A program made the translations under genes and the position numbers. From contig JBGAVD010000002.1 of assembly GCA_044228285.1 (NCBI GenBank), forward strand, positions 545,653 through 609,652: a stretch of DNA of 64,000 bases. The letters are read 5' to 3'. This stretch comes from Chlorobiota bacterium (GTDB lineage Bacteria > Bacteroidota > Ignavibacteria > Kapaibacteriales > NICIL-2). Numbering within the stretch: position 1 is the stretch's first letter; the number at the start of each line of letters is the position of its first letter. Under the pieces are notes generated by a model that was given only the letters and a program-made list of their open reading frames with translations, made no database searches and was not told the origin of the DNA. This document shows positions 36,084 through 45,847 of this stretch, piece after piece.

Positions 36084-37925
36084 ATGAAGCAACAAGCTGG
36101 TTTCTTGTGGGTGATGATTGTCTTATGCATTTCGGGACTCGAAGCGCAGCCACGCTTTCAACTTGGAATAAACTTCGATGCCCAGAATACTGGTGCTTTC
36201 GTTAATGTGGCATTGCATTCACATCGTTACTCGAAGGCTGCAGGATATGATAGTCTTGGTTATCCAACCAGTGACTTTGAATATTTACTCATGGATGCAC
36301 GACCTGTCGCAGAATGGAGCTCGAGTATTGATGATCCTGAGCAGTACCGTGTGAACTTCTCTGGTCGATATGCTTGTCGCTTCCGCGGACAAGCTAACGT
36401 TAGTGCTCCCTGGGTAGCGTCAACTATTGAGAATCTTAGTTATGACGCAACCACGAACACGACCATCTTTGAGCTTGTCATTGGTGGATATCCAAATGCT
36501 AGTCACGGCTTAGTCAATTTGGTGTTTACAAACACGCGACGTACCGCTGCAGATACTCTTCGCAGTGGCATCACGGATCTTGTGGTGAATAGACCGGGTT
36601 ATGCCCTGAACACGAACAAAGTGTTTACCGACGAGTTCTTGGCTTTGTGCACGAGTGCGGACTTTGCCTGTTATCGTTACTATGGTGTTCAGAATGTTTG
36701 GGATGGAGAGCCTGTGTATCCAAAGAAAACACGTTGGGCTGATCGCAAGCCTGTGAATTATTCTGCGCAGATGCCAGTGCCAGAGTTGGGACAATCCGAG
36801 GCGTGGAGCTGGGATCACATCATTCAACTGGCTAATATTCTCAAGAAGGATATGTGGATCTGTGTGCTAATGTCGGCCGATTCAGACTACGTCATCCAAC
36901 TAGCCACCATGCTCAAGAATCAACTTAACCCGAGCATCAACATCTATGTTGAAAATAGCAATGAAGTATGGAGTCCGACATTTATGGCCTATGGCGCGTA
37001 CAATGCAGCCGACGCAAAGGCACGAGGAATTGGTTTTGATCAGAACTACGCTCGCCGCACCATTGAGTTAAGCCAACTCTTCGCTTCGGTTTTTGGTGCT
37101 GACCAGATCAATAAGCGTATACGGGTAGTCTTGGGAACTCAACAAGGCTACAGTGGCCGTAGCGATGCGCATATACAGTACATCCGCGCACAGTATGGAG
37201 AGCCCAAGAATTATATCTATGCACTCAGCCCTAGTCTTTACTTCGGATCGAAAAATGCAAATGCGACGCAAGCTGTCGAGATCGCCAAGGGAATGAAAGA
37301 TGATATTGATGATATGATCAATAATAGCTCAAGTCCATTTTACCGAGACAACCACTTCAGAAGAGCGCGCAACCTTGAACTGCTTGGCGGATGTGCATCG
37401 TATGAAGGAGGACCAGGTGTTCCAAGTTCACTCTCGGCTAATCTTGGAAATCAGATACTTGCACATCGAACGAGCGAAGTAGCAGATGCGATACGCTACA
37501 ACTACTTGGAAGGGTGGCGCAATCTTGGCGGAGGCTTAGCGTGTTTCTTTACTCTCGTATCATCCTACAATCGCTACGGATGCTGGGGAGCTACAGATGA
37601 TTACAAGTATCCTGATCGCAATTCTAAAATGCAAGCTCTTCGTGATCTCATTGCAACGACTACGGTGGACGTTGTTGATACAAACTCTAGCCCATCGCAG
37701 TTTGGTCTCAAGATCTTTGTCAACGCTGTCCAGACCTCGTTGGAGTTTGGTCTGGAGAATCCGATGTCGCCATGCTCCATAGAAATCTATTCCGTACTAG
37801 GGGAGTGCGTGCACCGCGGGAACGATTGCAGAATTGATATCTCAATGTTTCCCAATGGTTGGTATGCCGTCAAACTCCGTGATTCAACTGAGACTCAGCT
37901 CGGCACTTTTCGCATTTGCCGCTAA
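36084..37925 (+). CDS. Secreted protein with T9SS C-terminal sorting domain. The N-domain may be a (beta/alpha)8 glycoside-hydrolase fold (weak).
   Basis: AGGG-type RBS. Signal peptide MKQQAGFLWVMIVLCISGLEAQ. An internal ENSNEVWSP motif is reminiscent of the NEP catalytic-acid box of clan GH-A. C-terminal ~75 aa are CTD-like. Confidence 0.6.
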   Translation: MKQQAGFLWVMIVLCISGLEAQPRFQLGINFDAQNTGAFVNVALHSHRYSKAAGYDSLGYPTSDFEYLLMDARPVAEWSSSIDDPEQYRVNFSGRYACRFRGQANVSAPWVASTIENLSYDATTNTTIFELVIGGYPNASHGLVNLVFTNTRRTAADTLRSGITDLVVNRPGYALNTNKVFTDEFLALCTSADFACYRYYGVQNVWDGEPVYPKKTRWADRKPVNYSAQMPVPELGQSEAWSWDHIIQLANILKKDMWICVLMSADSDYVIQLATMLKNQLNPSINIYVENSNEVWSPTFMAYGAYNAADAKARGIGFDQNYARRTIELSQLFASVFGADQINKRIRVVLGTQQGYSGRSDAHIQYIRAQYGEPKNYIYALSPSLYFGSKNANATQAVEIAKGMKDDIDDMINNSSSPFYRDNHFRRARNLELLGGCASYEGGPGVPSSLSANLGNQILAHRTSEVADAIRYNYLEGWRNLGGGLACFFTLVSSYNRYGCWGATDDYKYPDRNSKMQALRDLIATTTVDVVDTNSSPSQFGLKIFVNAVQTSLEFGLENPMSPCSIEIYSVLGECVHRGNDCRIDISMFPNGWYAVKLRDSTETQLGTFRICR

Positions 37926-38160
37926 CAGAGTTGTTATGTTCATGCTCGTTGCTTCGCAACGAGCTGTTCTAGATAGGATCCAAGTACAGATTCCGACCTA
38001 GTGTGCTGAACTTCAATCTCTAGTAGCAGAACGCGCTTGATGTTTCGGGCGACAGCGTATACATACAGATGCAGGCTTTAGGACGCTGCGCACAGACAAG
38101 CAATTCACTTTCACACGGTATAGACGCAGGTCATCTTATTGTAAAGATCTCGTCCTTTTC

Positions 38161-39645
38161 TTAGTGCAGAACCTGCACTCGTCGACAGAACTTTGTGACA
38201 CCTTGATACTTCAGAACAACGAGATAGCTCCCAGAAGCAAGCTGCGAGCAATCTACTTGTGCTGTTAGAGTCTGACTTTCGAATTCTAGATGTAAGGCAG
38301 TAGTTCCTTCAAGACTGAGAAGCTCGACCGAATTGAATGGGTTTTCAGAGAGCAGCAGCAGCTGAGAAGAACTAGGATTTGGATAGATCTGCAGACCTGC
38401 AGACTCTTCGAGAGCTACTGGCGCAGCAGGACTGTACTCAACAGCGCCTATAGATCGCGGTGAAGCATAGACTTTACCATAGAAGTCTTGCAGTTCTTCT
38501 TGCAAATCCGTGCTACCAGCTTTAATCGCTGGAGAGCCTTCTTTCAATCGGAACGAGATCGTATCTTCAAGCAGTGGGTTGCGGTTCTGCAGACCATTCA
38601 GTTCAGTGGCTGGTAGATTCGGACCTGACCATCGCGAGTCATCTGGATTGTACCAGATATTGTTCGCAAAGCGAAAAGACGAGGGATCAGTATTTGGTCC
38701 TACGTTTACAGCAACGGTACCTGTAGTGCCGTATACGACAATGTTGTTCCGAAAGGAATTGTTAGCGCAGGGGACAAAGCCAGCTGATGTGTTCTCTTGA
38801 AGAATGCGAAAAGCCCAACGAGAAGGTCTGTGAATGGTGTTGTTCTCAACTCTACACTCGATGGCACCTACAAAAGCGATTGGGGTTACTGCACCAACAA
38901 AGATGTTCGCAAAGACCCGAATGTTCTTTGCCTCATACTTTGCATCAAGTGGTCTGAAGAAGGCTAAACCGGTTGAGCCTCCTACGTTGATAGCGCGTTC
39001 ACCACAGTTATAAAAACGATTTGCGTGAATGAGAATGTCGGAGGATGCACCCTTTGCTTGCACCGCATTGGATCCAGCACGTTCGAACAGATTGTTGTGG
39101 AAGAGTCCGCGGTGACATCCTACCATGTCAACCAGAGATCCACCATTTGCTCCGTTCTGAAAAACGCATTCCCTCACTTCAAAGTCGTCGACTCCTGAGA
39201 GTTTGAGTTCGTCATTGTTTCCAGTAGCCGACATACTACGCCACGTACAACGAACAATATGGATGTGGTGTGTTGGGGTTTCAAGAGTTCCTGCATCATC
39301 AATGTTTACACCATTTCCCGTCTGTTGCTCAAAACTCAAACCCTCAATACGGACGTAGGATGCCTCGCTCATTTGAAAAGCCTGTGATCCACCTCGAAAC
39401 ACAGCGGAACCTTGCTGCTCCGCCATAATTGTAATCCACTGACTCTGGCTACCGTGTAGATTATTGATTGCATTATCTCCGCTATGTACACCTGAGTGCA
39501 CCAGTATCGTATCGCCAGCACGTGCCTGTTGAGCTGCTAGTTGCAGTCGTGGATAGGTCTGCCCGGTCCCTACATGGAGCACTGCGGCTTGGGTCGTTAT
39601 ACTGGCAAAAAGCATGGCTATGCTGAGCAGGGAACACTTTATCAT
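38161..39645 (-). CDS. Right-handed parallel beta-helix (pectate-lyase-fold) protein with T9SS C-terminal sorting domain
   Basis: Signal peptide MIKCSLLSIAMLFASITTQA. Repeated beta-helix rungs (NN..xG, IHAN, VENN, FRNN, FANN). C-terminal LQIYPNPSSSQLLLL...GSYLVVLKYQGVTKFCRRVQV is a T9SS CTD. The ORF is open to 39714. Confidence 0.7.
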   Translation of the reverse strand: MIKCSLLSIAMLFASITTQAAVLHVGTGQTYPRLQLAAQQARAGDTILVHSGVHSGDNAINNLHGSQSQWITIMAEQQGSAVFRGGSQAFQMSEASYVRIEGLSFEQQTGNGVNIDDAGTLETPTHHIHIVRCTWRSMSATGNNDELKLSGVDDFEVRECVFQNGANGGSLVDMVGCHRGLFHNNLFERAGSNAVQAKGASSDILIHANRFYNCGERAINVGGSTGLAFFRPLDAKYEAKNIRVFANIFVGAVTPIAFVGAIECRVENNTIHRPSRWAFRILQENTSAGFVPCANNSFRNNIVVYGTTGTVAVNVGPNTDPSSFRFANNIWYNPDDSRWSGPNLPATELNGLQNRNPLLEDTISFRLKEGSPAIKAGSTDLQEELQDFYGKVYASPRSIGAVEYSPAAPVALEESAGLQIYPNPSSSQLLLLSENPFNSVELLSLEGTTALHLEFESQTLTAQVDCSQLASGSYLVVLKYQGVTKFCRRVQVLH

Positions 39646-39963
39646 GGCTTTTCCAAAGTTGAGGGTTTTGCAAATCTCGTTGCTGTTCTGAACACGATCC
39701 GGCATCAAATCCAAGGAGCTTCAGAACCGGCCCCTTAAAATTAGGTGAGCGTTGTTTAACTGTCATAAAAAATATCATCTTAGAGCAAAAGAGCGTCCAG
39801 TAGTGGCAGCTGTGGGCAATGATGCGCTTTGGCACCAGTCGAGCAGCTCGCGGAGCGAGACTGCGAGCATGACAAAAAGCCTCCTATCACTCAAGTAGGC
39901 TCAGAATAAAGCGATAATCCAAGGGTATAGGTTGTCGGTGTATAAATGTCAGAAATGGTAGCT

Positions 39964-40377
39964 ATGAAATATCTCGTTAGCGTGGCAGTGACTCTGCTGG
40001 CTTTGTGCGTGGGAGCGCAGGGACAGGTAGTGGTTATCGTAAACAAATCGGTGGCAGTGAGTTCGGTCGACAAGAACCAGGTGGCGAATGTGTATCTGCT
40101 TGACACCAAGGAACTCGGAGGAGTGAAGCTTGTCGTATTCGATCTGAAAGAGTCTACCCCAACGAAGATAAAGTTCTACGCCGCAATTGGCCAGAGTCCA
40201 GCAGCTTTACGCAAAGAATGGCTGAAAGCTAAGCTTACAGGAGGTGGTACGCCTCCAACTGCGGTACTGCTGGAGGAGGATGTGGTAGCAAAAGTTGCTG
40301 CCACGCCAGGTGCGATTGCTTATGTCAGCGCAGAGAAAGTGAATTCCTCTGTGAAAGTGATTATGAGAATCAATTGA
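39964..40377 (+). CDS. Small periplasmic PstS-like (PBP-fold) domain protein
   Basis: Signal peptide MKYLVSVAVTLLALCVGAQG. The GAIAYVS motif and overall pattern resemble the C-lobe of phosphate-binding PstS proteins. Only ~135 aa. Confidence 0.5.
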   Translation: MKYLVSVAVTLLALCVGAQGQVVVIVNKSVAVSSVDKNQVANVYLLDTKELGGVKLVVFDLKESTPTKIKFYAAIGQSPAALRKEWLKAKLTGGGTPPTAVLLEEDVVAKVAATPGAIAYVSAEKVNSSVKVIMRIN

Positions 40378-40452
40378 TTATAAGTGCTGCACTAGGTTCT
40401 GCGAGGCATAGAAAATAAAAACCTGAGTAATCATGTCAAGAAAGACAACCCT

Positions 40453-41709
40453 TTGAAAGAGCAAATGAAAACGATGTCCATGCACAAAACGAAGTTGGCA
40501 GTAGCGAGTTTCGTGACGACAGTGCTGCTCATGTGTGGCAGTCCAAGTCTATGTTACGCGAGCGACAATGATTTAAGTGTCTTTGGTTTCTTTCAAGGAA
40601 ACATGTGGAAGTATGATTCCGATCCAAGTCCGGTAACCCCAAGTACCGTAACCTTACGTACTGCTAGTTTTGGGATTGGACAAGCGAATGTCTTTCTCAG
40701 CAAGAGCACCGATTATGGTCTATCAGGCTTTGTCAACTTAGAGTTTGTCAATAACTACTCCTCCGACAAAGGTTGGGGTTCGTTCAATCTGCAGGAAGCC
40801 TTTATCCGTTATGAGCAGAGTGAAAAGCTGGTGTTGAAAGGCGGCCTCTTCGTACCAACTTTCAACAATCTCTATGAAGTGTACAATCGAACACCGCTCT
40901 TGCCATATCTCTTTCGTCCAATGTTGTACGAAACACAGCAAGGTCAAGTCACACGAATCTTCGATATCCTACCATCTCGTGCCTTCGCTCAAGTGTCTGG
41001 CTTTCAAGCCTTCGATGAGTGGAAGATCGACTATGCAGCGCATTTCGGCAATGCATCTGGGTTCATTGAGAGTCCTGGCAATGTGCTGCAACCGGACTAC
41101 GTGGGCTACGGACAAAATGCAACAGAGTTTATGAGCTTCGGTGGGCGAGTGGGATTGCGTTATAAGACGCTCAAGCTAGGAGCCTCAGCAGTTGTTGATA
41201 AGCACAATAAGCGAGAGTTTGCAATCGACTTGGAGTCAACTCAGCTGGCTCATTTCGGAGACCTCAATCGCATTCGCCTCGGAGCCGACCTCTCACTCTC
41301 TCTTGCGGGATTTACCTTGACGGCTGAGTACTTTCAGGCGAAGACAGCGTTGAGTTCTAATCAACTTGACTCCCTTGCATTATGGGCTGCCATACCAAAC
41401 TCGCAAGTTGGGACCAACTTCGACGCCACATCATACTTCGCGACCCTACTGTATGACATTGATGACGAGTGGTTTGTCTATACCATGTATGATCACTTTG
41501 CAGATAACGGCCGACCATACTATGTAGGTATTGACGGCTATACAGGAGTATCAGCAGGAGGAGGTTACCGAGCATCGGAATCACTCGTACTCAAAGCTCA
41601 GTTCCGTAACGATAAAGGTACCTTCCTCTCAAATGACAACAACGGATTGCCTATCAAATCAACGACTTCAGACAAGTACTACCTTGCTGGATTCAGTTAC
41701 TCTTTCTAA
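40453..41709 (+). CDS. Outer-membrane porin (possibly an anion/phosphate-selective OprO/P-like beta-barrel)
   Basis: Signal peptide. ~400 aa with beta-strand periodicity. C-terminal ...YYLAGFSYSF with a terminal Phe. Sits directly downstream of the PstS-like gene. Confidence 0.6.
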   Translation: MKEQMKTMSMHKTKLAVASFVTTVLLMCGSPSLCYASDNDLSVFGFFQGNMWKYDSDPSPVTPSTVTLRTASFGIGQANVFLSKSTDYGLSGFVNLEFVNNYSSDKGWGSFNLQEAFIRYEQSEKLVLKGGLFVPTFNNLYEVYNRTPLLPYLFRPMLYETQQGQVTRIFDILPSRAFAQVSGFQAFDEWKIDYAAHFGNASGFIESPGNVLQPDYVGYGQNATEFMSFGGRVGLRYKTLKLGASAVVDKHNKREFAIDLESTQLAHFGDLNRIRLGADLSLSLAGFTLTAEYFQAKTALSSNQLDSLALWAAIPNSQVGTNFDATSYFATLLYDIDDEWFVYTMYDHFADNGRPYYVGIDGYTGVSAGGGYRASESLVLKAQFRNDKGTFLSNDNNGLPIKSTTSDKYYLAGFSYSF

Positions 41710-41838
41710 CGAACTGGAAGTTGTGTACTCAACGTTTGTACGCTCACATCCGATAATCAAAGACAAGGTGTTCCTTACAGAAATATCATTGTAGCGATTC
41801 CAAACCCAGCTCATATGCACTTCACCTTTAGCTAACGG

Positions 41839-43848
41839 ATGCTCCAAAGTCAAACCATAGCACAGGATCTCAGCTTCGATGCCATTGATGCCATCAATGA
41901 CAAAGCTATGATGCTATTAAATGTTGACATCCGCCAGACAATCGAGCTTGCGGAAATGGCTTTGCAACAGAGTGAGCGTCCAAGTTTAGCAGAACCCTAC
42001 ATAGAGGGCAAAGCCCGTGCGCTTTTAGCCCTTGGCGCTGCATACTACCGTAGAAATGAGCATGAGCTAGCAATAGAGTATAGCCAACAGGGAATTGAAA
42101 TCTGCGACTTCATCCAAGATCTTCGCTCTCTTAGTTTCGGTCTCAACACAATCGGTGCGACCTCCATTACCTTAGGTAACTACGATCAGGCACTTAATAC
42201 ACACCTGCGGAGTTTGAAGATTCGTCAGAGCATCGCTGATGAACATGGATGTGCAACATCCTTGATGAATGTAGGCAATGTGTACTATCTGCTTGGCGAG
42301 TTTGCTCTCGCACTGGATTACTATTTGCAGAGTCTAGACCTCCGACAGAAAATCCACGACGAGACAGGTATTGGAACTTCGCTCACAAACATTGCCAATG
42401 TATATGGAAGCATGGGGGATTATGACTCAGCACTTGAATACTTGCTGAAGAGTGCAGAGATCAAAGAGCAGACAGATAACAAGCAAGGTCTTGGTCAGAC
42501 ACTTGTCGACATTGCCAATGAGTACTTACGCAGAGGTATGGCTACCATTGCCATAGAATATGCGCGACGTAGCTACGAGCTATCTGTGAGCATTGGAAAC
42601 AAAGCAGCACAAGCCGCTGCACTACACGCTGTTGCAGCCATTGAAGAGTCAAGCGCACAGAATGAACACGCACTCAATACCTATCGACGCAGTTACGAGT
42701 TGCGTCGGAGTATTGCATATCACAAAGGTGAAGTTGAGTCGCTCATCGCGATGGGACGTTTGATGTGTCGTGTCGGTGATGCAGAAGAGTCGGATGGAGT
42801 CCTTCGAGACGCCCTGGCTCTCGCAGAAGAGATCAAATCACGACCATTGCTCTTCGAGGCTTGTGGAGCACTCGCAACAAGCTGTGAGATGCGTGGTCAA
42901 AGCAAGGATGCACTGCGATACTATAAGCGATTCCATCAGATCAAAGAAGAGCTTTTCAATGAAGAGTCAGCGCGGAAGACTCGGAATTTGGAGACACTCC
43001 ACAAGGTTGAGCAAGCCAGACAAGAAGCAGAGATTTATCGCTTGCGATCGGTGGAGTTGGGCGCTGCAAATCAGGAAATTCTTCGGCAGCAGAATGTTCT
43101 TAGTCATCAAGCGGAAGAGCTCCATCAACAGAACAACGAGCTGCAAGCGCTCGTTCACGAGAAGAATGAGCTCCTGGCTATTGTTGCGCATGACTTAAAA
43201 AACCCGCTGAGCGGTATAGTAATCAGCACATCAAATCTACAACGCAATCATCATCGGATGTCGGCAGATGAGACTGCCACGCAGCTGGGAATCATAGAGC
43301 GCACCGCAAAGCGCATGAAGCAGATTGTCTTGAACCTGCTCGATCTCCATGCGATTGAATCGAACAAGGTTACCATCAGTATCGAGAATCTCAATCTCTG
43401 CGACTACGTGCAACAAGTTATAGAGAGATATCATCCGCGAGCTGAAGAAAAGCACATTGCATTACGTCTGGTCGTCGAGCATATCAGCATGACTGTTCGG
43501 GCCGATGCGAATGCTCTGTTGCAAATTCTTGAGAACATCATTTCAAACGCAGTCAAGTTTTCCGCTGCTCACAGCGAAGTACTCGTACATTGCTATGACC
43601 GGAATGGCACGGTGGTGTGCGAAGTTCACGACTCAGGTCCTGGTATTCGTCCCGATGAGCAGCACAAGCTCTTTGAGAAGTTCTCCAAAATCTCTAATCA
43701 GCCCACAGCAGGCGAAGAGTCCACTGGACTTGGATTGTCCATCGTCTTGCGCCTTTGTCAGGCTATGCACCTGAAGATAGAGCACCGTAACCTCAAACCT
43801 CGCGGTTCCTGCTTTACACTGCTCTTTCCAATCAGGTCCTCACATTGA
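41839..43848 (+). CDS. TPR-repeat sensor histidine kinase (soluble, no receiver domain)
   Basis: N-terminal TPR repeats, a coiled coil, an H-box AHDLKNPLSGI (HisKA), and HATPase_c boxes (N box ...ENIISNAVKFS; G boxes DSGPGI, GLGLSIV). Confidence 0.85.
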   Translation: MLQSQTIAQDLSFDAIDAINDKAMMLLNVDIRQTIELAEMALQQSERPSLAEPYIEGKARALLALGAAYYRRNEHELAIEYSQQGIEICDFIQDLRSLSFGLNTIGATSITLGNYDQALNTHLRSLKIRQSIADEHGCATSLMNVGNVYYLLGEFALALDYYLQSLDLRQKIHDETGIGTSLTNIANVYGSMGDYDSALEYLLKSAEIKEQTDNKQGLGQTLVDIANEYLRRGMATIAIEYARRSYELSVSIGNKAAQAAALHAVAAIEESSAQNEHALNTYRRSYELRRSIAYHKGEVESLIAMGRLMCRVGDAEESDGVLRDALALAEEIKSRPLLFEACGALATSCEMRGQSKDALRYYKRFHQIKEELFNEESARKTRNLETLHKVEQARQEAEIYRLRSVELGAANQEILRQQNVLSHQAEELHQQNNELQALVHEKNELLAIVAHDLKNPLSGIVISTSNLQRNHHRMSADETATQLGIIERTAKRMKQIVLNLLDLHAIESNKVTISIENLNLCDYVQQVIERYHPRAEEKHIALRLVVEHISMTVRADANALLQILENIISNAVKFSAAHSEVLVHCYDRNGTVVCEVHDSGPGIRPDEQHKLFEKFSKISNQPTAGEESTGLGLSIVLRLCQAMHLKIEHRNLKPRGSCFTLLFPIRSSH

Positions 43849-43967
43849 GACTCGCAGAAGTCTCATCTTCATCCGTGCGCTTCGCGCCCGCTTATCCCTT
43901 CAGATCTGCAATTGCTGCCGATGTCGTGCTCTGCAACAGACTCAAGAAGTCAATCACAGTTATTCTG

Positions 43968-44708
43968 TTAATGATGGAACCTGCCAACTTTAAACCACTG
44001 ATAGAAGATAGATGTTGAGATCACACCTGCTTCATCTGCGCTCAGAGTGAACTCATCGCCAGAGTTTACAACCACAATTTGCTTCGTGCTACCAAGGCTG
44101 TCCATTGGTGTGTACTGATAGACAGAGGCTGTATGAGGGATTTCAAGCTCATCATAGCTGAAGGGGTTGCCAAAGATCCATAGAATGTCATAGGGATTCT
44201 TTGGAAGGTTCGCGAGACCACCAGTTATACTGTTGTTGGAGCAACGAAACTCAATGAGCTTTTTCAGCTGCTTGAACTCAGGTGGAATTGTGCCGCTCAA
44301 TCGGTTGTCGCGAACACTGAGAGCTTTGAGATTCTGCATAGATCCAAGTTCTTTTGGTATGGCACCTGTTATGGCGTTGCCATGAACTTGAAGCGTCTTG
44401 AGATTCGTGAGCTTACCCAGTTCAGGTGACAGAATATCTATGAGGCTCTTATTGTCTGCTATTTGAACTACCTCCAAACTGCTTAGATCACCGATCTCAT
44501 CTGGAATAGATCCACTTACATCTGTTGACCAGATGTGGAGATTAACGAGTTTTTTCAGTTTCCCGATTTCCTTGGGCATTGTGTCAGATAACGCATTGCC
44601 GCCAAGAGCAAGATGCACGAGATTGAAACAATTGAATAATGACTTTGGAATTGGCACGAAGGCTAACGAAAGAACAATGAGCAAGAATAGATGTTGACGA
44701 AGGTACAA
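43968..44708 (-). CDS. Leucine-rich-repeat protein with plant-specific-type 24-residue LRRs
   Basis: N-terminal hydrophobic segment. Repeats fit LxxLxxLxLxxNxLSGxIPxxxGxLxxL (e.g. LKALSVRDNRLSGTIPPEFKQLKKL). No T9SS CTD. Confidence 0.7.
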   Translation of the reverse strand: MYLRQHLFLLIVLSLAFVPIPKSLFNCFNLVHLALGGNALSDTMPKEIGKLKKLVNLHIWSTDVSGSIPDEIGDLSSLEVVQIADNKSLIDILSPELGKLTNLKTLQVHGNAITGAIPKELGSMQNLKALSVRDNRLSGTIPPEFKQLKKLIEFRCSNNSITGGLANLPKNPYDILWIFGNPFSYDELEIPHTASVYQYTPMDSLGSTKQIVVVNSGDEFTLSADEAGVISTSIFYQWFKVGRFHH

Positions 44709-45360
44709 TGAGACAGATAGGGTTCGCTCGACACAATATCACCAAGTCTACTCGCTCTTTCGTAATGGTCTGCCAACTCTATAGAGTCTGCTAAGAATCA
44801 TTGAAAGTGTTTAAGGCTTGAGTTATTGGAAGATCCAACAGCTTTGGATGCTGCCATGCTCTTATGACTGAACTCAGTACATCTTCAGAGCAGATTCGAG
44901 AAGCCGCCGATCTGAGCCGTAGGCTCAGGAGCTTGATAAAGAGTCGTCACTTGAACTCATGCACATCTTCTCAACCTAGGCTATTGAATTGAAAAGAAGC
45001 TATAACGAGCGGGACTATGCTTGTACCCTCTAAACCTTCAAAAAGCAAAGTACAGACCGTGTCGAGGGCTTGATCGTAGCATATACCATATTCGAACGAA
45101 AGTAGAGTAGTGTCGTCCAATACACGAGATATCATCAGCTCCGCGGCTCACCACCGATAGTTGGAGCTGATGACGATCTCGGAAACAGAGCTCAGTGGCT
45201 CACCACCGCTGGCTAGTTTGTGTCACGAAGTGCAGGGTTCCAACTGCAGACTCATTGCTGATGACATCAGCGCGTGACATACACACCAGTGCAATCAACA
45301 TTGACAACTGGTTTGGCTTTGTAGTGCGGGTTCAAACTAACTGACGCGATTCAGAAAGCG

Positions 45361-45410
45361 ACTACTCAAAAAACACTCAAATACTCAAAAAGCACTCAAA
45401 AAATACTCAC
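45361..45410. repeat. Phased A-tract/ACTCA array (5 copies at 11, 8, 11, 11-bp spacing)
   Basis: ACTACTCAAAAAACACTCAAATACTCAAAAAGCACTCAAAAAATACTCAC read directly. It lies in an 1.1-kb ORF-free region ~440 bp upstream of the OMP gene start. Confidence 0.6.
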
Positions 45411-45847
45411 GTGCCTGCCGGGTACAGTAGATGATCATAAGAGCAGATTTTGAGCATTAGATCGTGCTCTTTACAAGCTAGGATCAAGCTTTGGTAAGAG
45501 TGTGAGCTGTAATTCTCTTAGCTCCTTGCACTCAGCTAACAGTTGAAGAAGCTCTGACGTCTCTCTTGTTACTGTGGCAACAGTTGGAGGAAGACTGGTT
45601 TACCATCACAGCTAATGACACTCGCTGTCAAATTAGTTTTTCAAAGTCCGACTCTCAGGTTCCAGCCCTGAGGAGCTTGAGACACAACAAGACTGTCCCG
45701 AGGCAGATGCAAGGTTCAACTCAGAGTCAAGTGGACAGCAACGATATCGCATCAATAATTGACGAGAGTTAACAGACGGGGTACTGAGAATTAACTCTTC
45801 GAGCATAGGGTCCAAGAGTAGATTTGCACACAACCTCTCGAAACGGC

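Noticed and set aside
45824-45847. Longer 5' extension of the receptor-like OMP gene (TTG at 45824)
   Set aside because: The signal peptide begins right after the ATG at 45848. The TTG extension would place 8 extra residues ahead of it with no RBS advantage.
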